Positions 32,665-42,870 of a stretch of 64,000 nucleotides of DNA are shown in pieces. Source of the stretch: Escherichia coli. GTDB lineage: Bacteria > Pseudomonadota > Gammaproteobacteria > Enterobacterales > Enterobacteriaceae. Location of the stretch: NCBI RefSeq assembly GCF_024298765.1, contig NZ_CP101210.1; one strand, given 5' to 3'. The notes under the pieces were generated by a model. It had not been told where the DNA came from. It searched no databases and was given only the letters and a program-made list of their open reading frames with translations. Position numbers and translations under genes: made by a program. The stretch's first letter is position 1; every line of letters starts with the position of its first letter.

Positions 32665-33015
32665 TTACTCCCTTAGCGTGATGGTTAATTCAACATTCTG
32701 CATGGTCTGCATGACAGTGCCCGACAGCGTCACCCCGGCGCGGCCTCCTGCCTTCCAGACAACGTCGATGGCATCCAGGGCAATGCGGGGTTCCCATCGT
32801 GTCAGCGCAATCACGGCAGCACTCATGCATTGCAGACGCGTGGTGTTATTCATGGGTTCGTCAATCAAATCAGGCACAAGGCTGCCATATTCCCGTCGCA
32901 TAACCCGGCTTGCCAGCGGGGTGGTCAGGATGTCCCTGACTGACTGTTTCAGGTGCTCCATATCGTTCAGGTTTCCCGTCCCGTCCGGATTCATTCCTGT
33001 GTAGCGGGTTGTCAC
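32665..33015 (-). CDS. Baseplate protein gpW
   Basis: 116 aa in the V-W-J-I-H order. Confidence 0.85.
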   Translation of the reverse strand: MTTRYTGMNPDGTGNLNDMEHLKQSVRDILTTPLASRVMRREYGSLVPDLIDEPMNNTTRLQCMSAAVIALTRWEPRIALDAIDVVWKAGGRAGVTLSGTVMQTMQNVELTITLRE

Positions 33016-33593
33016 TGCGGGCCTCCTGTCGAATCGCTGCCGCCTTTCACGCCACCGTGTTTATGCGTATGCACTGTGATGCCGTTTGAGGTGAAATCGC
33101 CGCCGCTGTGCGTGATATTGCCGCTCATCTTTCCCCCTTTTGTGACGTCAAGCGTCGCTGTTCTCAGAAGGTCTGTGCATTCCACGACGGGCGCGTCCAG
33201 TGTCACGCTGACGGATGCCTGCAGGGTGGCTGTTTTCATGCCGCTGGCGCTCAGCGCGCCTGCGTCCGCGTCGTAGCGGAACACCGCGCCGTCCGGCGCG
33301 CTGACCACGATTTCTTTCAGGCTTTTGCCGGGGGGCGGACTGGCATCACTCCACAGGCTGCCAATTATCATGGCGGTTTCCGGGTTGCCGCCAATGCAGG
33401 CAATTACCACCTGTTCGCCGGGTGATGGCGGCAGCCACACATTGAAGGCTCCCGCGCGCGTGGTGTTCCAGCGCAGCCAGCCTGTTTCCAGTCCGCCGCT
33501 GCGAACGCGCACGCGCCAGGACTTCTCATCAACTTCAGAGATGATCCCGGTACGGATGATATTGCTCAGCAGTCGCATGAGTTCTGCGCTCAC
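33012..33593 (-). CDS. Baseplate spike/assembly protein gpV
   Basis: 193 aa upstream of W. Confidence 0.8.
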   Translation of the reverse strand: MSAELMRLLSNIIRTGIISEVDEKSWRVRVRSGGLETGWLRWNTTRAGAFNVWLPPSPGEQVVIACIGGNPETAMIIGSLWSDASPPPGKSLKEIVVSAPDGAVFRYDADAGALSASGMKTATLQASVSVTLDAPVVECTDLLRTATLDVTKGGKMSGNITHSGGDFTSNGITVHTHKHGGVKGGSDSTGGPQ

Positions 33594-34234
33594 CGTACAG
33601 CCTCCGCAATCCGACCCAGCACCGTGTTATAAATCAGGCGCTCATCTGCCTGGCTGATACCCAGCAGCTCACGTACCGGGTAATCGGTGAAAATGCCCGG
33701 CGCAACCTGATCGCGCTCACCGAACTGATGAACGCGTGCAATACGTGCGGCCACGCCGCTGTAACCCACCGTCACACCGGAAGCATCTGCACGGGCTTTC
33801 AGGTAGCGGGCGGTGCGCAGTTTTACGAACATGGGGACGCGCTTTGTGCTGTCCTGGTTGATGCGCCGGGTGCGTATTTCCAGAAAACGGTCGATGTCAT
33901 CCCGGTAAAACGTGCGGATATTGTTTTTATCCTCATCCCACCCGGTAATGGTTCGCCCGTATTTCCCCGTGTCGTGATGCCAGTTTTTCAGCGTGCGTGC
34001 TTCGTTATTCCAGATAAAGCGAATGCGCTCCTGTATCCGGGTTACGCGGCGTCTGCGAGGTGTCCACGCGGTCCCGTCCGGCGCTTTCTGTGACCGGATA
34101 CGTGCCTGCTGGGCGCGGCGTAAATCCTGTGCCAGCTTTCTGGCGATGTTATTGATGACCTGCTGATTCAGGCTGTCGCGGATGGCCTCAAAGGTTTCAT
34201 CCACACGGGTGAATGCCTTATCCATCGCTTTCAC
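33590..34234 (-). CDS. Tail completion protein gpS
   Basis: ORF after R; start uncertain (the ORF is longer than P2 S). Confidence 0.7.
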   Translation of the reverse strand: MKAMDKAFTRVDETFEAIRDSLNQQVINNIARKLAQDLRRAQQARIRSQKAPDGTAWTPRRRRVTRIQERIRFIWNNEARTLKNWHHDTGKYGRTITGWDEDKNNIRTFYRDDIDRFLEIRTRRINQDSTKRVPMFVKLRTARYLKARADASGVTVGYSGVAARIARVHQFGERDQVAPGIFTDYPVRELLGISQADERLIYNTVLGRIAEAVR

Positions 34235-34685
34235 CCCACGTCACATCCTGGAATACATGCGACCAGTCGCCTTCGGAAGAGGGCAGACGGGGTTTTGGCT
34301 CTGGCAGGTGTTCTGCCTGCGGTGTACCCTGACTGCTGCGCGTAATGCGAACGCGTTCCCGCAGGGGGAGCGTAAACAGGAGATCGGCGCTGTCATCGTC
34401 ATTGATAACGGCGGAAAATTTGATGTCCTGATTACGCTCCGGATTGAGCAACAACTGTGGCTGATTTTCGGATAACCACGCCAGTAGCGGCAGCGTGAGG
34501 TCGTCCAGCTCCCCGGCGTAATCCATGACAAACATCACCATCTGATAGCGGTAAACAAACGAGGGCGTTTCTCCGGTCGTTTCAATGTTGCCGCTCTCCA
34601 CGAAAATGGTGAATTTTTCCGGGTTGGCCTGACACCATCGGCATGAACGGGTCATGGCTTCACGCAGGGAATCAGTTTTCAGCAT
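34218..34685 (-). CDS. Tail completion protein gpR
   Basis: 155 aa, same length as P2 R. Confidence 0.8.
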   Translation of the reverse strand: MLKTDSLREAMTRSCRWCQANPEKFTIFVESGNIETTGETPSFVYRYQMVMFVMDYAGELDDLTLPLLAWLSENQPQLLLNPERNQDIKFSAVINDDDSADLLFTLPLRERVRITRSSQGTPQAEHLPEPKPRLPSSEGDWSHVFQDVTWGESDG

Positions 34686-34962
34686 GGTTGTTGTCCTCGT
34701 TGTTCAGTCGTTGCAGCCTGCGCTGTTCCAGTAATTCAATGGCCCGTTTATCCGCGTTACAGGTTTCCAGTGCATCCAGAAGGCGGTCGCCCCATATACC
34801 GAGATTTCCCCATGTGGGAGTGTCAGGGAAGGGGGGAGGCGTTACCGGTATGGTCAGCGTCTGCGGTATAAGCCGGACTGACGGCGCTGGCCGTGGCGCG
34901 TTCTGCGTGCCTGCGCAGCCTGTCAGTAAAACGAGCGTCAGGCAAAGCGTGGGCGCATTCAT
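34672..34962 (-). CDS. Rz1-like outer-membrane lipoprotein spanin (LysC-like)
   Basis: Lipobox LTLVLLTGC, Pro-rich mature part, embedded out of frame in the Rz-like gene. Confidence 0.5.
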   Translation of the reverse strand: MNAPTLCLTLVLLTGCAGTQNAPRPAPSVRLIPQTLTIPVTPPPFPDTPTWGNLGIWGDRLLDALETCNADKRAIELLEQRRLQRLNNEDNNHAEN

Positions 34963-35230
34963 CTTTTGCAATATCGTTGCGTAGCTGTTCACGTCTTGCC
35001 TCTCCGTCCTGATTGCGTTGCTGATTTTCCACGCGGAGTTGCGCCAGCACCTGCTGCATATCCTGTACCCCGGCGCTAATGATATTCAGGGTGTCGGCGG
35101 TACGTTTCAGGGTGCTGGCCTGCGCTTCGTTTCTGGCGTTCTCCCGGCCCAGCGACCATGACAGACGCATGGATGTTCCCCATGCGGCAATCAGAAGGAA
35201 AGCGACACCCAGCGTGGGCCAGAGCTTCAT
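34823..35230 (-). CDS. Rz-like inner-membrane spanin (LysB-like)
   Basis: N-terminal TM MKLWPTLGVAFLLIAAWG then a coiled-coil-like region; start chosen at the internal Met. Confidence 0.5.
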   Translation of the reverse strand: MKLWPTLGVAFLLIAAWGTSMRLSWSLGRENARNEAQASTLKRTADTLNIISAGVQDMQQVLAQLRVENQQRNQDGEARREQLRNDIAKDECAHALPDARFTDRLRRHAERATASAVSPAYTADADHTGNASPLP

Positions 35231-35619
35231 GCCGGATAGACTCCGTGTGGTAACTGAAAATGCGGTCCGTCTTTCAGGGTCTTCCAGTCGCCGCCCCATT
35301 CCACCGGAATATTCAGCTCCCGGCTGGCCTGTCTGAATGCTGCTGCGATTTTTTCGTACAGCGGCCATTCCCATGACACCTGGCTGCCGATATAAGCCAC
35401 AACATCCACGGCATGTCCCGTAAGGTGGCGGCTGTTCATGGTCTGGCTCTTACCTGTGGCCACAAGTTGCTTCTGGCGGTAACGGCTGCGCAACCCTTCG
35501 GTGATACCAAAATCCACTTCCGAAATTTCCAGTGCCCGTCGGGTCACTTTCACCAGATCAGGATTTACGCCCTGCAAATTCTTTTCGCTCCGGCTGCTGA
35601 ATTTAAATGTGTTGCTCAT
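35227..35619 (-). CDS. Endolysin, peptidase M15 (VanY/L-Ala-D-Glu peptidase-like)
   Basis: 130 aa with Zn-binding-like motif SRHLTGHAVDV...W; sits in the lysis cassette after the holin. Confidence 0.65.
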   Translation of the reverse strand: MSNTFKFSSRSEKNLQGVNPDLVKVTRRALEISEVDFGITEGLRSRYRQKQLVATGKSQTMNSRHLTGHAVDVVAYIGSQVSWEWPLYEKIAAAFRQASRELNIPVEWGGDWKTLKDGPHFQLPHGVYPA

Positions 35620-35939
35620 TCGTCCTTCTCCTTCCCCCTGCGATTAAAGGCCGCAATAACCTTGTCGCGTGCTTTCTCTGCGCCCATAAAACCGATTGAT
35701 GCGCCGATAAACGTCACGGCATCTTCAGGAAACCCGAAGAAGCGCAACGACCCGGCCACGGCCATGGCAAGAACGCCGCACGCCAGCGATCCCGTTACGG
35801 TCTGAACCAGTGTTCGTCCGTCATAAAGACTCATCAGCGCGGAAATGCTGACTGCCGCGCCTACTGCATACACCGTTGGCAGGTGGTCAAAGAGCCACGC
35901 AATAACCTGCTCTGTGATCCCTGTTTGAATGGTGCTCAC
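35616..35939 (-). CDS. Holin (P2 Y position)
   Basis: 107 aa with 2-3 TM helices and a charged C-terminus (RRGKEKDE); GTG start overlapping the gpX stop. Confidence 0.55.
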   Translation of the reverse strand: MSTIQTGITEQVIAWLFDHLPTVYAVGAAVSISALMSLYDGRTLVQTVTGSLACGVLAMAVAGSLRFFGFPEDAVTFIGASIGFMGAEKARDKVIAAFNRRGKEKDE

Positions 35940-35941
35940 TG

Positions 35942-36148
35942 CTACTCCCCCCACAACTGAATCATTTCTCGTTTCTTCTTCTCCGGCTCCGGCATCTCCA
36001 CGTCCTGCCCGGCGTCCAGAAATACCTGCTGACAGAGTCCGGGGTTGGCATCCAGCACCTTTTCGGTGACGCCCTGCGTCGTGCCGTAGTACCGGAAACA
36101 GAGCGAATCCACGGTGTCGCCTTCCAGTGCCTTCACTTTCATCAGCAC
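35942..36148 (-). CDS. Tail protein gpX
   Basis: 68 aa, the size and position of P2 X (67 aa). Confidence 0.7.
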   Translation of the reverse strand: MLMKVKALEGDTVDSLCFRYYGTTQGVTEKVLDANPGLCQQVFLDAGQDVEMPEPEKKKREMIQLWGE

Positions 36149-36645
36149 AACTCCGCAAAAATTCGCGGGCGGCGCAGAATGTCAGAGATGGCCCAGCTCA
36201 CATCGCGCCACAAATCCGATGTCTGTATATCCAGTGCGTCCGCCCGGCGGTCGCCCTTATCCGTTGTGTCCGCATCGCGGTAACGCTCCAGAATCAGGGC
36301 GCGTGTGGCGGTATAAACGGCATTGCGCCAGTGCCAGAGATTGACGCTTTCTCCGTTAATTACGGGTGCCGGAACATCGGCCAGCGTCTGATGGCCAGCC
36401 GCCTGCTGTTCCTGCTGCCATGCTTCCAGCTCGCGGGTAACGTGAGCCACCGCCCCGGTGGCGGTATGCAGCAGGCGGGAGGTGGTCACGCGCCCCGGCA
36501 GTCGTACCGCCAGACGCAGCTCACGCAGCACAATATCCGGCCAGAATGCACCCGCTGAAATACGGGTATCACCATCATCGGTATCGGTGATGTCGTCCTC
36601 TGCGGGTCCGGGGTTGGTTCTGGCAACCATACTCATGGGGTTCAC
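36142..36645 (-). CDS. Head completion/stabilisation protein gpL
   Basis: 167 aa after the M gene. Confidence 0.8.
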   Translation of the reverse strand: MNPMSMVARTNPGPAEDDITDTDDGDTRISAGAFWPDIVLRELRLAVRLPGRVTTSRLLHTATGAVAHVTRELEAWQQEQQAAGHQTLADVPAPVINGESVNLWHWRNAVYTATRALILERYRDADTTDKGDRRADALDIQTSDLWRDVSWAISDILRRPRIFAELC

Positions 36646-36737
36646 TCCTGAAAAAATCGGGCGGTGGGTGCGCGGTGTAAACGGTCACGGAGTCAAACCG
36701 GAACACCGCGCACGCCGCCCGCTGACGGGGTCAGTCG

Positions 36738-37538
36738 TTAACCGCGCTTCGCCTTCTGCGTCGCGGTGGTTTTTCGTGTTGCAGGCTTCCGCGTTGTCTT
36801 TTTACTTTTGCTGCTTTCGTTCTGCGCCTGTGGTGTGCTGGCATCTTCTGGTGCGGCTGCGGAATCGGCTTTTTTCAGAGCGCGGGAAAGGGTTGCAATC
36901 TCGCGTTTCACACCTGCGTTCGGGTTCAGGTGCATCGCTTCGCGCAGCAGCTTCAGTGATGAGGCCATGCTGTCCGCATCGCTCAGGCTACGGCGGGCAA
37001 AGGCGCACGCCTTGCATAATTTGGCTCGCACTTCGTCCGGCATATCCTGGTTGGCGACAATTTCCCAAAGTGTGTCCAGTGGTTCGATAAAGGCGGACAA
37101 ATCCGCGTCGGCATCCGTCCCGGCCTGCGTCAGTACCGGGTTGCAGATTTCTTCGGTCAGTACCGTGGCAGCAGTACGGCCAAAGTTATCCGGCATGATG
37201 AGGTTGTGACGGACCACATACGCACCAATACGCAGCGCAAGCGGAAGATCGCCGCAGTCAATTGCCCACACCATCAGCGTGGCAATCACTTCATCCTGCT
37301 GCCCGCCGTCAGCCTCCAGCGTTCCCTCAATCCAGCCGGAAAAGTCCGGCAACAACTCTTTTTTGATGGCGGCTTTCGCGCTTCTGGCCTGTACCCCCTT
37401 AAGTCGGGCCTGTGCCAGACGCAGACGATACAGCACCTCTTCATGCGCGGTACGCGCGGCGTGGTCCACGCCTTCATTCGCCCGGCCTGCGCGCTGTGCC
37501 ATCACGTTCTGCCAGTGTTGCTGTGCAGGAGTAATCAT
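36738..37538 (-). CDS. Terminase small (endonuclease) subunit gpM
   Basis: 266 aa after the capsid gene N. Confidence 0.8.
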   Translation of the reverse strand: MITPAQQHWQNVMAQRAGRANEGVDHAARTAHEEVLYRLRLAQARLKGVQARSAKAAIKKELLPDFSGWIEGTLEADGGQQDEVIATLMVWAIDCGDLPLALRIGAYVVRHNLIMPDNFGRTAATVLTEEICNPVLTQAGTDADADLSAFIEPLDTLWEIVANQDMPDEVRAKLCKACAFARRSLSDADSMASSLKLLREAMHLNPNAGVKREIATLSRALKKADSAAAPEDASTPQAQNESSKSKKTTRKPATRKTTATQKAKRG

Positions 37539-37583
37539 TTTTTCTCTCCGTTACAGGCGGGCATGATGCCCGCCGTGAGTTGA

Positions 37584-38636
37584 TTAGCTGTCGGCGAACT
37601 TCAGGCCAGTGACCATCGCGCACTTGCCATAGTCTTCAACGACATAAGCGTCATTGATGGACTGGTAGGTGGCGATGCGGTTGTATTCCGGCTCGTCTTT
37701 CATCAGGCGACGCATTGTTCCTTTCTGCCAGTAAATCGACAGGTTATTGAACGAGGTGATCAGCATCGTTGAATCCGGGAAGAACGGCGCAAGGAATACA
37801 TCCAGCCCGCCAATGGCGCGCGATGACAGGATGAGCTGTCCGGCAAGTAATTCCGCATTGGGATTCTGGCCGCTGATGCTGTTCAGCACGGGCAGACGCA
37901 GCGAGTTAAACAGGTTGCGCCCCATAATCACCACGAGGTCGTCAGCTTCCTTGTGCCATTCATCCAGCAGGGATGAGCGCGCGTCCTGTACCAGTGCATC
38001 AGCGTTCGCATACTTACCCGCGTGCGCCACGGTGTTGTCCATGTTGCGGGAGGTCAGCGTCACGTCATTCATTACGCGCTCGCTGGCGTCGGTTCTGATG
38101 TGCTCCAGCCATCCCACGTTAACGTCCTGAAGCAGCTTGTTGGTGCTGAAGTTGGACTCATCTGCGTGAGACGTGCCGTTGAAACCGATCATGATGCGGT
38201 CAAGCGCCACCTGCCGGGCAATCTGTGTGCTGACGCGTGACTGAAAATCAGGGTGTGCCGCCCAGGCATCAAGCTGCGGATACGAAATAAACGTGTCGTA
38301 GTTCACCTGTTCGCACTGATATTTGCGGTTTTTCAGATCAACCACGTTATTCGGGTTACGGCGTTTTGTGCCGTCATAACTGGTATTCGTGCGCGCAATC
38401 GGCCCGGTGGTGTCCAGGAGGATTTTTTCGCCTTTCTGGTCGGTCACACCGAACACGTTAATTTTTTTTGTAAATTCAGTGCTCTCCTTTACTGCGTTTT
38501 CAAAACGCTGCTGCACCGAGGGTTCCACGGTAAATCGCGATACCAGTGCAGATACCGGGATGTTGTTAAGCGACGCCTGCTGCGCCATATAGCAACCCAG
38601 CTTGTTGCGGGTAATATCTGACATCACCAGATTCAT
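37584..38636 (-). CDS. Major capsid protein gpN
   Basis: 350 aa after the scaffold gene. Confidence 0.9.
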   Translation of the reverse strand: MNLVMSDITRNKLGCYMAQQASLNNIPVSALVSRFTVEPSVQQRFENAVKESTEFTKKINVFGVTDQKGEKILLDTTGPIARTNTSYDGTKRRNPNNVVDLKNRKYQCEQVNYDTFISYPQLDAWAAHPDFQSRVSTQIARQVALDRIMIGFNGTSHADESNFSTNKLLQDVNVGWLEHIRTDASERVMNDVTLTSRNMDNTVAHAGKYANADALVQDARSSLLDEWHKEADDLVVIMGRNLFNSLRLPVLNSISGQNPNAELLAGQLILSSRAIGGLDVFLAPFFPDSTMLITSFNNLSIYWQKGTMRRLMKDEPEYNRIATYQSINDAYVVEDYGKCAMVTGLKFADS

Positions 38637-38659
38637 AAAAAATTTGCTCCTTTGTCTTA

Positions 38660-39496
38660 TCAGAAGTCAGCCAGTTGATCGGAGGCTGCGCCCGTTGCGG
38701 TGAACCGGTTCTGCGGATCGCCGTCCTGCGTGCGCAGTTTTTCCTTCAGTGCTGTCAGCTCTGTGGTCAGTAAAGTGATTTTCTGGCTGTCCTGCTGATG
38801 GCGGGTTTCCAGCGCATTAAAACGGTCGATAATGTCGGCCTGTGACGTTGCGACACCTTCCACCGCTTCCTGAATACGGGAGAAACTGGCGTCATCCGCT
38901 TTGCGGCCACGGCCAATAATCCCCATAACGCGGTTAAACCACTGGGTGCCTTCTTCCTGACGTTGTTCGGTGAGTTCGATAAGTTCTGACTCCATAGCGG
39001 CGGTAAACATCGCCACGTCTCCCTGCTGACAGTTGAATGTCATCAGTTGCATACGTTGTTGTGCCGCAAAGGCCAGACGTTCCGTGCCCAGGCTGGCGGG
39101 GGTGTCGGTCATTGCCAGCCCGCGCAGGTAAGGGCCTCCCGTGATGGTTGACTGTGGTTCCAGCTCAATACTGGAGTAAATTTTTTTACCATCGTTAAGC
39201 AGGGACATCATGCGAGCGGTCGGCTCAATTTCGGCATACAGTGCCGTGCGACCTGCCAGCGGGCCATCGGTTATGTCTTCGGTGCTCAACCCCACAACAT
39301 CGCCCATAGCGGAAAACTCGCTACCGGGGAGTGGTGACAAGATGTGCTCAATATTCACACGTGCACCATAAACGGACGGGTTATAACTGGTGGCGGCAGC
39401 TTTCAGCATGTCGCCGTTGATTTCGCGCCCGTCTGCCGTTACACCGGAGACAGCCACGCGAAACTTTTTGCGGGATGTCTTTTTTTCATTAGCCAT
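38660..39496 (-). CDS. Capsid scaffolding protein gpO
   Basis: Start chosen at MANEKKTSRKKFRVA; divergent from the P-Q genes. Confidence 0.8.
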   Translation of the reverse strand: MANEKKTSRKKFRVAVSGVTADGREINGDMLKAAATSYNPSVYGARVNIEHILSPLPGSEFSAMGDVVGLSTEDITDGPLAGRTALYAEIEPTARMMSLLNDGKKIYSSIELEPQSTITGGPYLRGLAMTDTPASLGTERLAFAAQQRMQLMTFNCQQGDVAMFTAAMESELIELTEQRQEEGTQWFNRVMGIIGRGRKADDASFSRIQEAVEGVATSQADIIDRFNALETRHQQDSQKITLLTTELTALKEKLRTQDGDPQNRFTATGAASDQLADF

Positions 39497-39650
39497 AGTT
39501 TTTGCCCCTCTGACTGGTTCTTCAGTCATGATGGCAAAGCGTAACAGGCTGATACAAAGGGCTTTTGTTGTAAGAAAACAGTCAGAACAGGGGGTTAAGG
39601 AGAACGGTTTCGCGCGCGGGTAATCTTCCTGTAATTACTCAGGGGGAGCA

Positions 39651-41402
39651 ATGATTCAGGACGCTTTTGTGCGCCAGCGTGCGCGACAACTTTACTGGCA
39701 GGGTTATCCGCCCGCAGAAATATCACGTCTGATGGGAATAAACCCGAACACGATTTATGCGTGGAAAAAACGCGACCAGTGGGATGAAACGCCACCCGTG
39801 CAGCGTGTCACGCAATCCATTGATGCGCGCCTCATCCAGCTTACTGAAAAACAGAATAAAACAGGCGGTGACTTCAAGGAAATAGACCTGCTGACACGGC
39901 AGCTTAAAAAGCTGCATGATGGCCAGCCGGATGTGATTGCCGCAGGAAAGAAAGGCCGGGCGAAAAAACTCAAAAATCATTTCACGCCGGAACAGATTGC
40001 CGCACTGCGGGAAAAAATCATCAGCAGGCTGGAGTGGCATCAGCGGGGCTGGTTTGACTCCCTGACCCTTTGCAGGGAAGCCGGGATACGTAACAGGATG
40101 ATCCTGAAATCCCGACAGATTGGGGCGACCTGGTATTTTGCACAGGAAGCACTGCTGATGGCGCTGCGTGACGATGTGGTGCAACCTTATCAGCGTAACC
40201 AGATTTTTTTGTCTGCGTCGCGTCGTCAGGCGTTCCAGTTTAAAAGCATTATTCAGAAGGCCGCGGCTGAAGTTGATGTGGAGCTGAAAGGGGGCGATAA
40301 AATCATCCTCTCCAACGGCGCAGAGCTGCATTTTCTCGGCACTTCTGCTGCGTCGGCACAGTCCTATACGGGCAATTTTTATTTTGATGAATTCTTCTGG
40401 GTCAGTCGCTTTGCTGAACTGCGCAAGGTGGCTGGCGCTATGGCAACCCTCAGCGGACTGCGGCGCACCTACTTCTCCACGCCATCCACCGAAACGCACG
40501 AGGCATACGCCTACTGGAACGGCGACCGCTGGAACGAGAAAAAGGCCACGCATAAACGCCAGCGTTTTTCTGTGGACTGGAAAACGCTGCATAACGGGCT
40601 TATCTGCCCTGACCGGACGTGGCGGCAAATTGTCACGCTGGAAGATGTGGTTAATCACGGCTGGAAACACACCGATATTGATGAAATTCGTGATGAAAAC
40701 ACCGAAGACGAGTTCCTCAATCTCTATATGTGTGAGTTTGTCCGCGAAGGGGAATCGGCATTTAACCTGAATATCCTGATTGGCTGTGGTGTTGACGGAT
40801 ACGACGACTGGAAAGACTGGAAACCTTTTGCTCCCCGCCCGATGGGGAATCGCCCGGTATGGATTGGGTATGACGCAAATGGCAGCAGTGGCAACGGCGA
40901 CAGCGGCGCTGTGTCCGTGGTGGTTCCTCCGGCTGTTCCTGGTGGCCGTTTTCGAACGGTGGAGACGCGACGCGTTCAGGGGCTGGAGTTTGAAGAACAG
41001 GCCAGAGTCATTGAAGAGTTCACGTGTCGCTACAACGTGGAACACATCGGCATTGATGTGACGGGCGGGAACGGGGAGGCTGTTTATCAGATAGTGAAAC
41101 GGTTTTTCCCTGCCGCTATTCCGTACACCTTCACGCTGTCATCAAAACGGTCGCTGGTACTGAAAATGCTGCAAATAATGCGTGCAGGGCGGTGGGAATA
41201 CGATCGCGCCGAACGCGAGCTGGTCGCGGCCTTTAACGCCGTGCGTAAGGTGAAAACACCGGGCGGCTTTATCACTTACGAAACGGACCGCGCGAGGGGG
41301 ATCAGCCACGGCGACCTTGCGTGGGCAACCATGCTTGCTGTCATTAACGAACCAATTGGCGGCGAAGGAGAAAACGAGCGTTTCACGGTTATGGAGTTCT
41401 GA
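39651..41402 (+). CDS. Terminase large (ATPase) subunit gpP
   Basis: 583 aa with conserved N-terminus RARQLYWQGYPPAEISRLMG. Confidence 0.9.
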   Translation: MIQDAFVRQRARQLYWQGYPPAEISRLMGINPNTIYAWKKRDQWDETPPVQRVTQSIDARLIQLTEKQNKTGGDFKEIDLLTRQLKKLHDGQPDVIAAGKKGRAKKLKNHFTPEQIAALREKIISRLEWHQRGWFDSLTLCREAGIRNRMILKSRQIGATWYFAQEALLMALRDDVVQPYQRNQIFLSASRRQAFQFKSIIQKAAAEVDVELKGGDKIILSNGAELHFLGTSAASAQSYTGNFYFDEFFWVSRFAELRKVAGAMATLSGLRRTYFSTPSTETHEAYAYWNGDRWNEKKATHKRQRFSVDWKTLHNGLICPDRTWRQIVTLEDVVNHGWKHTDIDEIRDENTEDEFLNLYMCEFVREGESAFNLNILIGCGVDGYDDWKDWKPFAPRPMGNRPVWIGYDANGSSGNGDSGAVSVVVPPAVPGGRFRTVETRRVQGLEFEEQARVIEEFTCRYNVEHIGIDVTGGNGEAVYQIVKRFFPAAIPYTFTLSSKRSLVLKMLQIMRAGRWEYDRAERELVAAFNAVRKVKTPGGFITYETDRARGISHGDLAWATMLAVINEPIGGEGENERFTVMEF

Positions 41403-42448
41403 TGAGCAGAAAAAATAAAAAAGTGCGCATGAGTTCACGCATTGATCTCGCTGATGCGCTCAGGAAAGAATCATCGCTCAGTGCATTCACATTTGATGGT
41501 CCTTATCGCCTGACCGGGCATGACCTGCTGGACAATATGTACTGTGCTGATAACGGGCGGTGGTATGAAACCCCGGTGGACTGGTACGGTCTGGCAAGAG
41601 CCGCCCGGCAAACGTCCTGGCATCAGTCTGCGCTTTACTTTAAGCGCAATGTATTACTCGGTTGCTACATCCCGCACCCGCTGCTTTCCCGGCAGGATTT
41701 CTCGGCGCTGGCGCTGGACTGGTTTGTGTTCGGTAACGCATTCCTTGAGCTTCGGAGCAATATGCTCGGCGAACCGCTTAAATTACGGCACGCCCTGGCG
41801 AAATACATGCGACGCGGAAGCGATCTTGAATCATGGTGGTATGTGCAGGATGGCAAGGACGCGTTCCAGTTTCGCCCTGGCAAAGTGTGCCACCTGATGA
41901 ATCCGGATATTAACCAGGAAATCTACGGCATGCCGGAATATCTTGGCGCATTACTCTCGGCCAGCCTTTCTCATTCGGCGGACATGTTCAGAAAACTGTA
42001 CTACGACAACGGATCCCACGCCGGGTGCATCATCTACATCGGTGCAGCGCAGGTAAACCGCGAAAGCATGGACTCCCTGAAAGAAACGTTACAGGGTGCG
42101 CGTGGTGGTGGTGCATTTAAAAACGTGCTCATTCATGCGCCCAACGGGGGCAAAGAAGGGGTGCAAATTTTGCCGTTCCAGCAGATCACCGCAAAAGATG
42201 AGTTCATGAATGTTAAGGCGGCATCCCGTGATGATGTGCTGGCTGCGCACCGCGTTCCGCCGCAACTGATGGGGGCGATGCCGGGCGAAAAAAGTGCGTT
42301 TGGTGATGTGGAGAAGGCCGCGCGGGTTTACGCAATTAACGAGCTGATGCCCGTCATGGAGGCCATGAAGCACATCAATGACTGGCTTGGCGAAGAGGTG
42401 ATCCGCTTTAACCCTTACGCACTGTTAGACACCCAGCCCACATCCTGA
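41402..42448 (+). CDS. Portal protein gpQ
   Basis: 348 aa overlapping the P stop (ATGA), as in the P2 P-Q operon. Confidence 0.9.
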   Translation: MSRKNKKVRMSSRIDLADALRKESSLSAFTFDGPYRLTGHDLLDNMYCADNGRWYETPVDWYGLARAARQTSWHQSALYFKRNVLLGCYIPHPLLSRQDFSALALDWFVFGNAFLELRSNMLGEPLKLRHALAKYMRRGSDLESWWYVQDGKDAFQFRPGKVCHLMNPDINQEIYGMPEYLGALLSASLSHSADMFRKLYYDNGSHAGCIIYIGAAQVNRESMDSLKETLQGARGGGAFKNVLIHAPNGGKEGVQILPFQQITAKDEFMNVKAASRDDVLAAHRVPPQLMGAMPGEKSAFGDVEKAARVYAINELMPVMEAMKHINDWLGEEVIRFNPYALLDTQPTS

Positions 42449-42870
42449 CGCGCTTCGCTTGTCTGCTGCTTCGCCGGGGCATAAAAAATTTATGCCCCGA
42501 CTCTCCAGCTCCTGTATCAGTCAGATAATTTCACGACGCTTTCCTGCTGATTGCCATCATCGACAGTCAGACTCTTACGCAATCCCACCGCGTTGACTGC
42601 ATGTTCTCGCCGTCTCAGTGCGATTTTGACGGCCTTACCTTTCACCCCATCAAATCAAAAGCCCTCACGTCTTTTTCACGCTCAGCGTGAGAAATACAGC
42701 CATTCTGTTGTGTCGCTGCGACATCGTTCAGGGGATGCTATTTACCCCCTGAAACGCGGGCTGTTCCCCCGTCACCTGCGCGCAGAAAAAATGCGTTTTT
42801 TTGTGCACGCACGGATCCTTGACGGATCCAGCCACCATGCGGGCCGGAAGGGCAAAAAGTCGTTCAAAAA

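Noticed and set aside
39723-41045. 440-aa ORF antisense to the terminase large subunit gene
   Set aside because: Completely overlaps the conserved terminase ATPase gene on the opposite strand and has no recognisable motifs; an artefact of GC-rich coding sequence.
42449-42860. Expected cos site and the hairpin cggggcataaaaaatttatgccccg after the portal gene
   Set aside because: I could not find the P2 cohesive-end sequence as I remember it, and the hairpin has no following U-tract on either strand, so neither a cos site nor a terminator is called.
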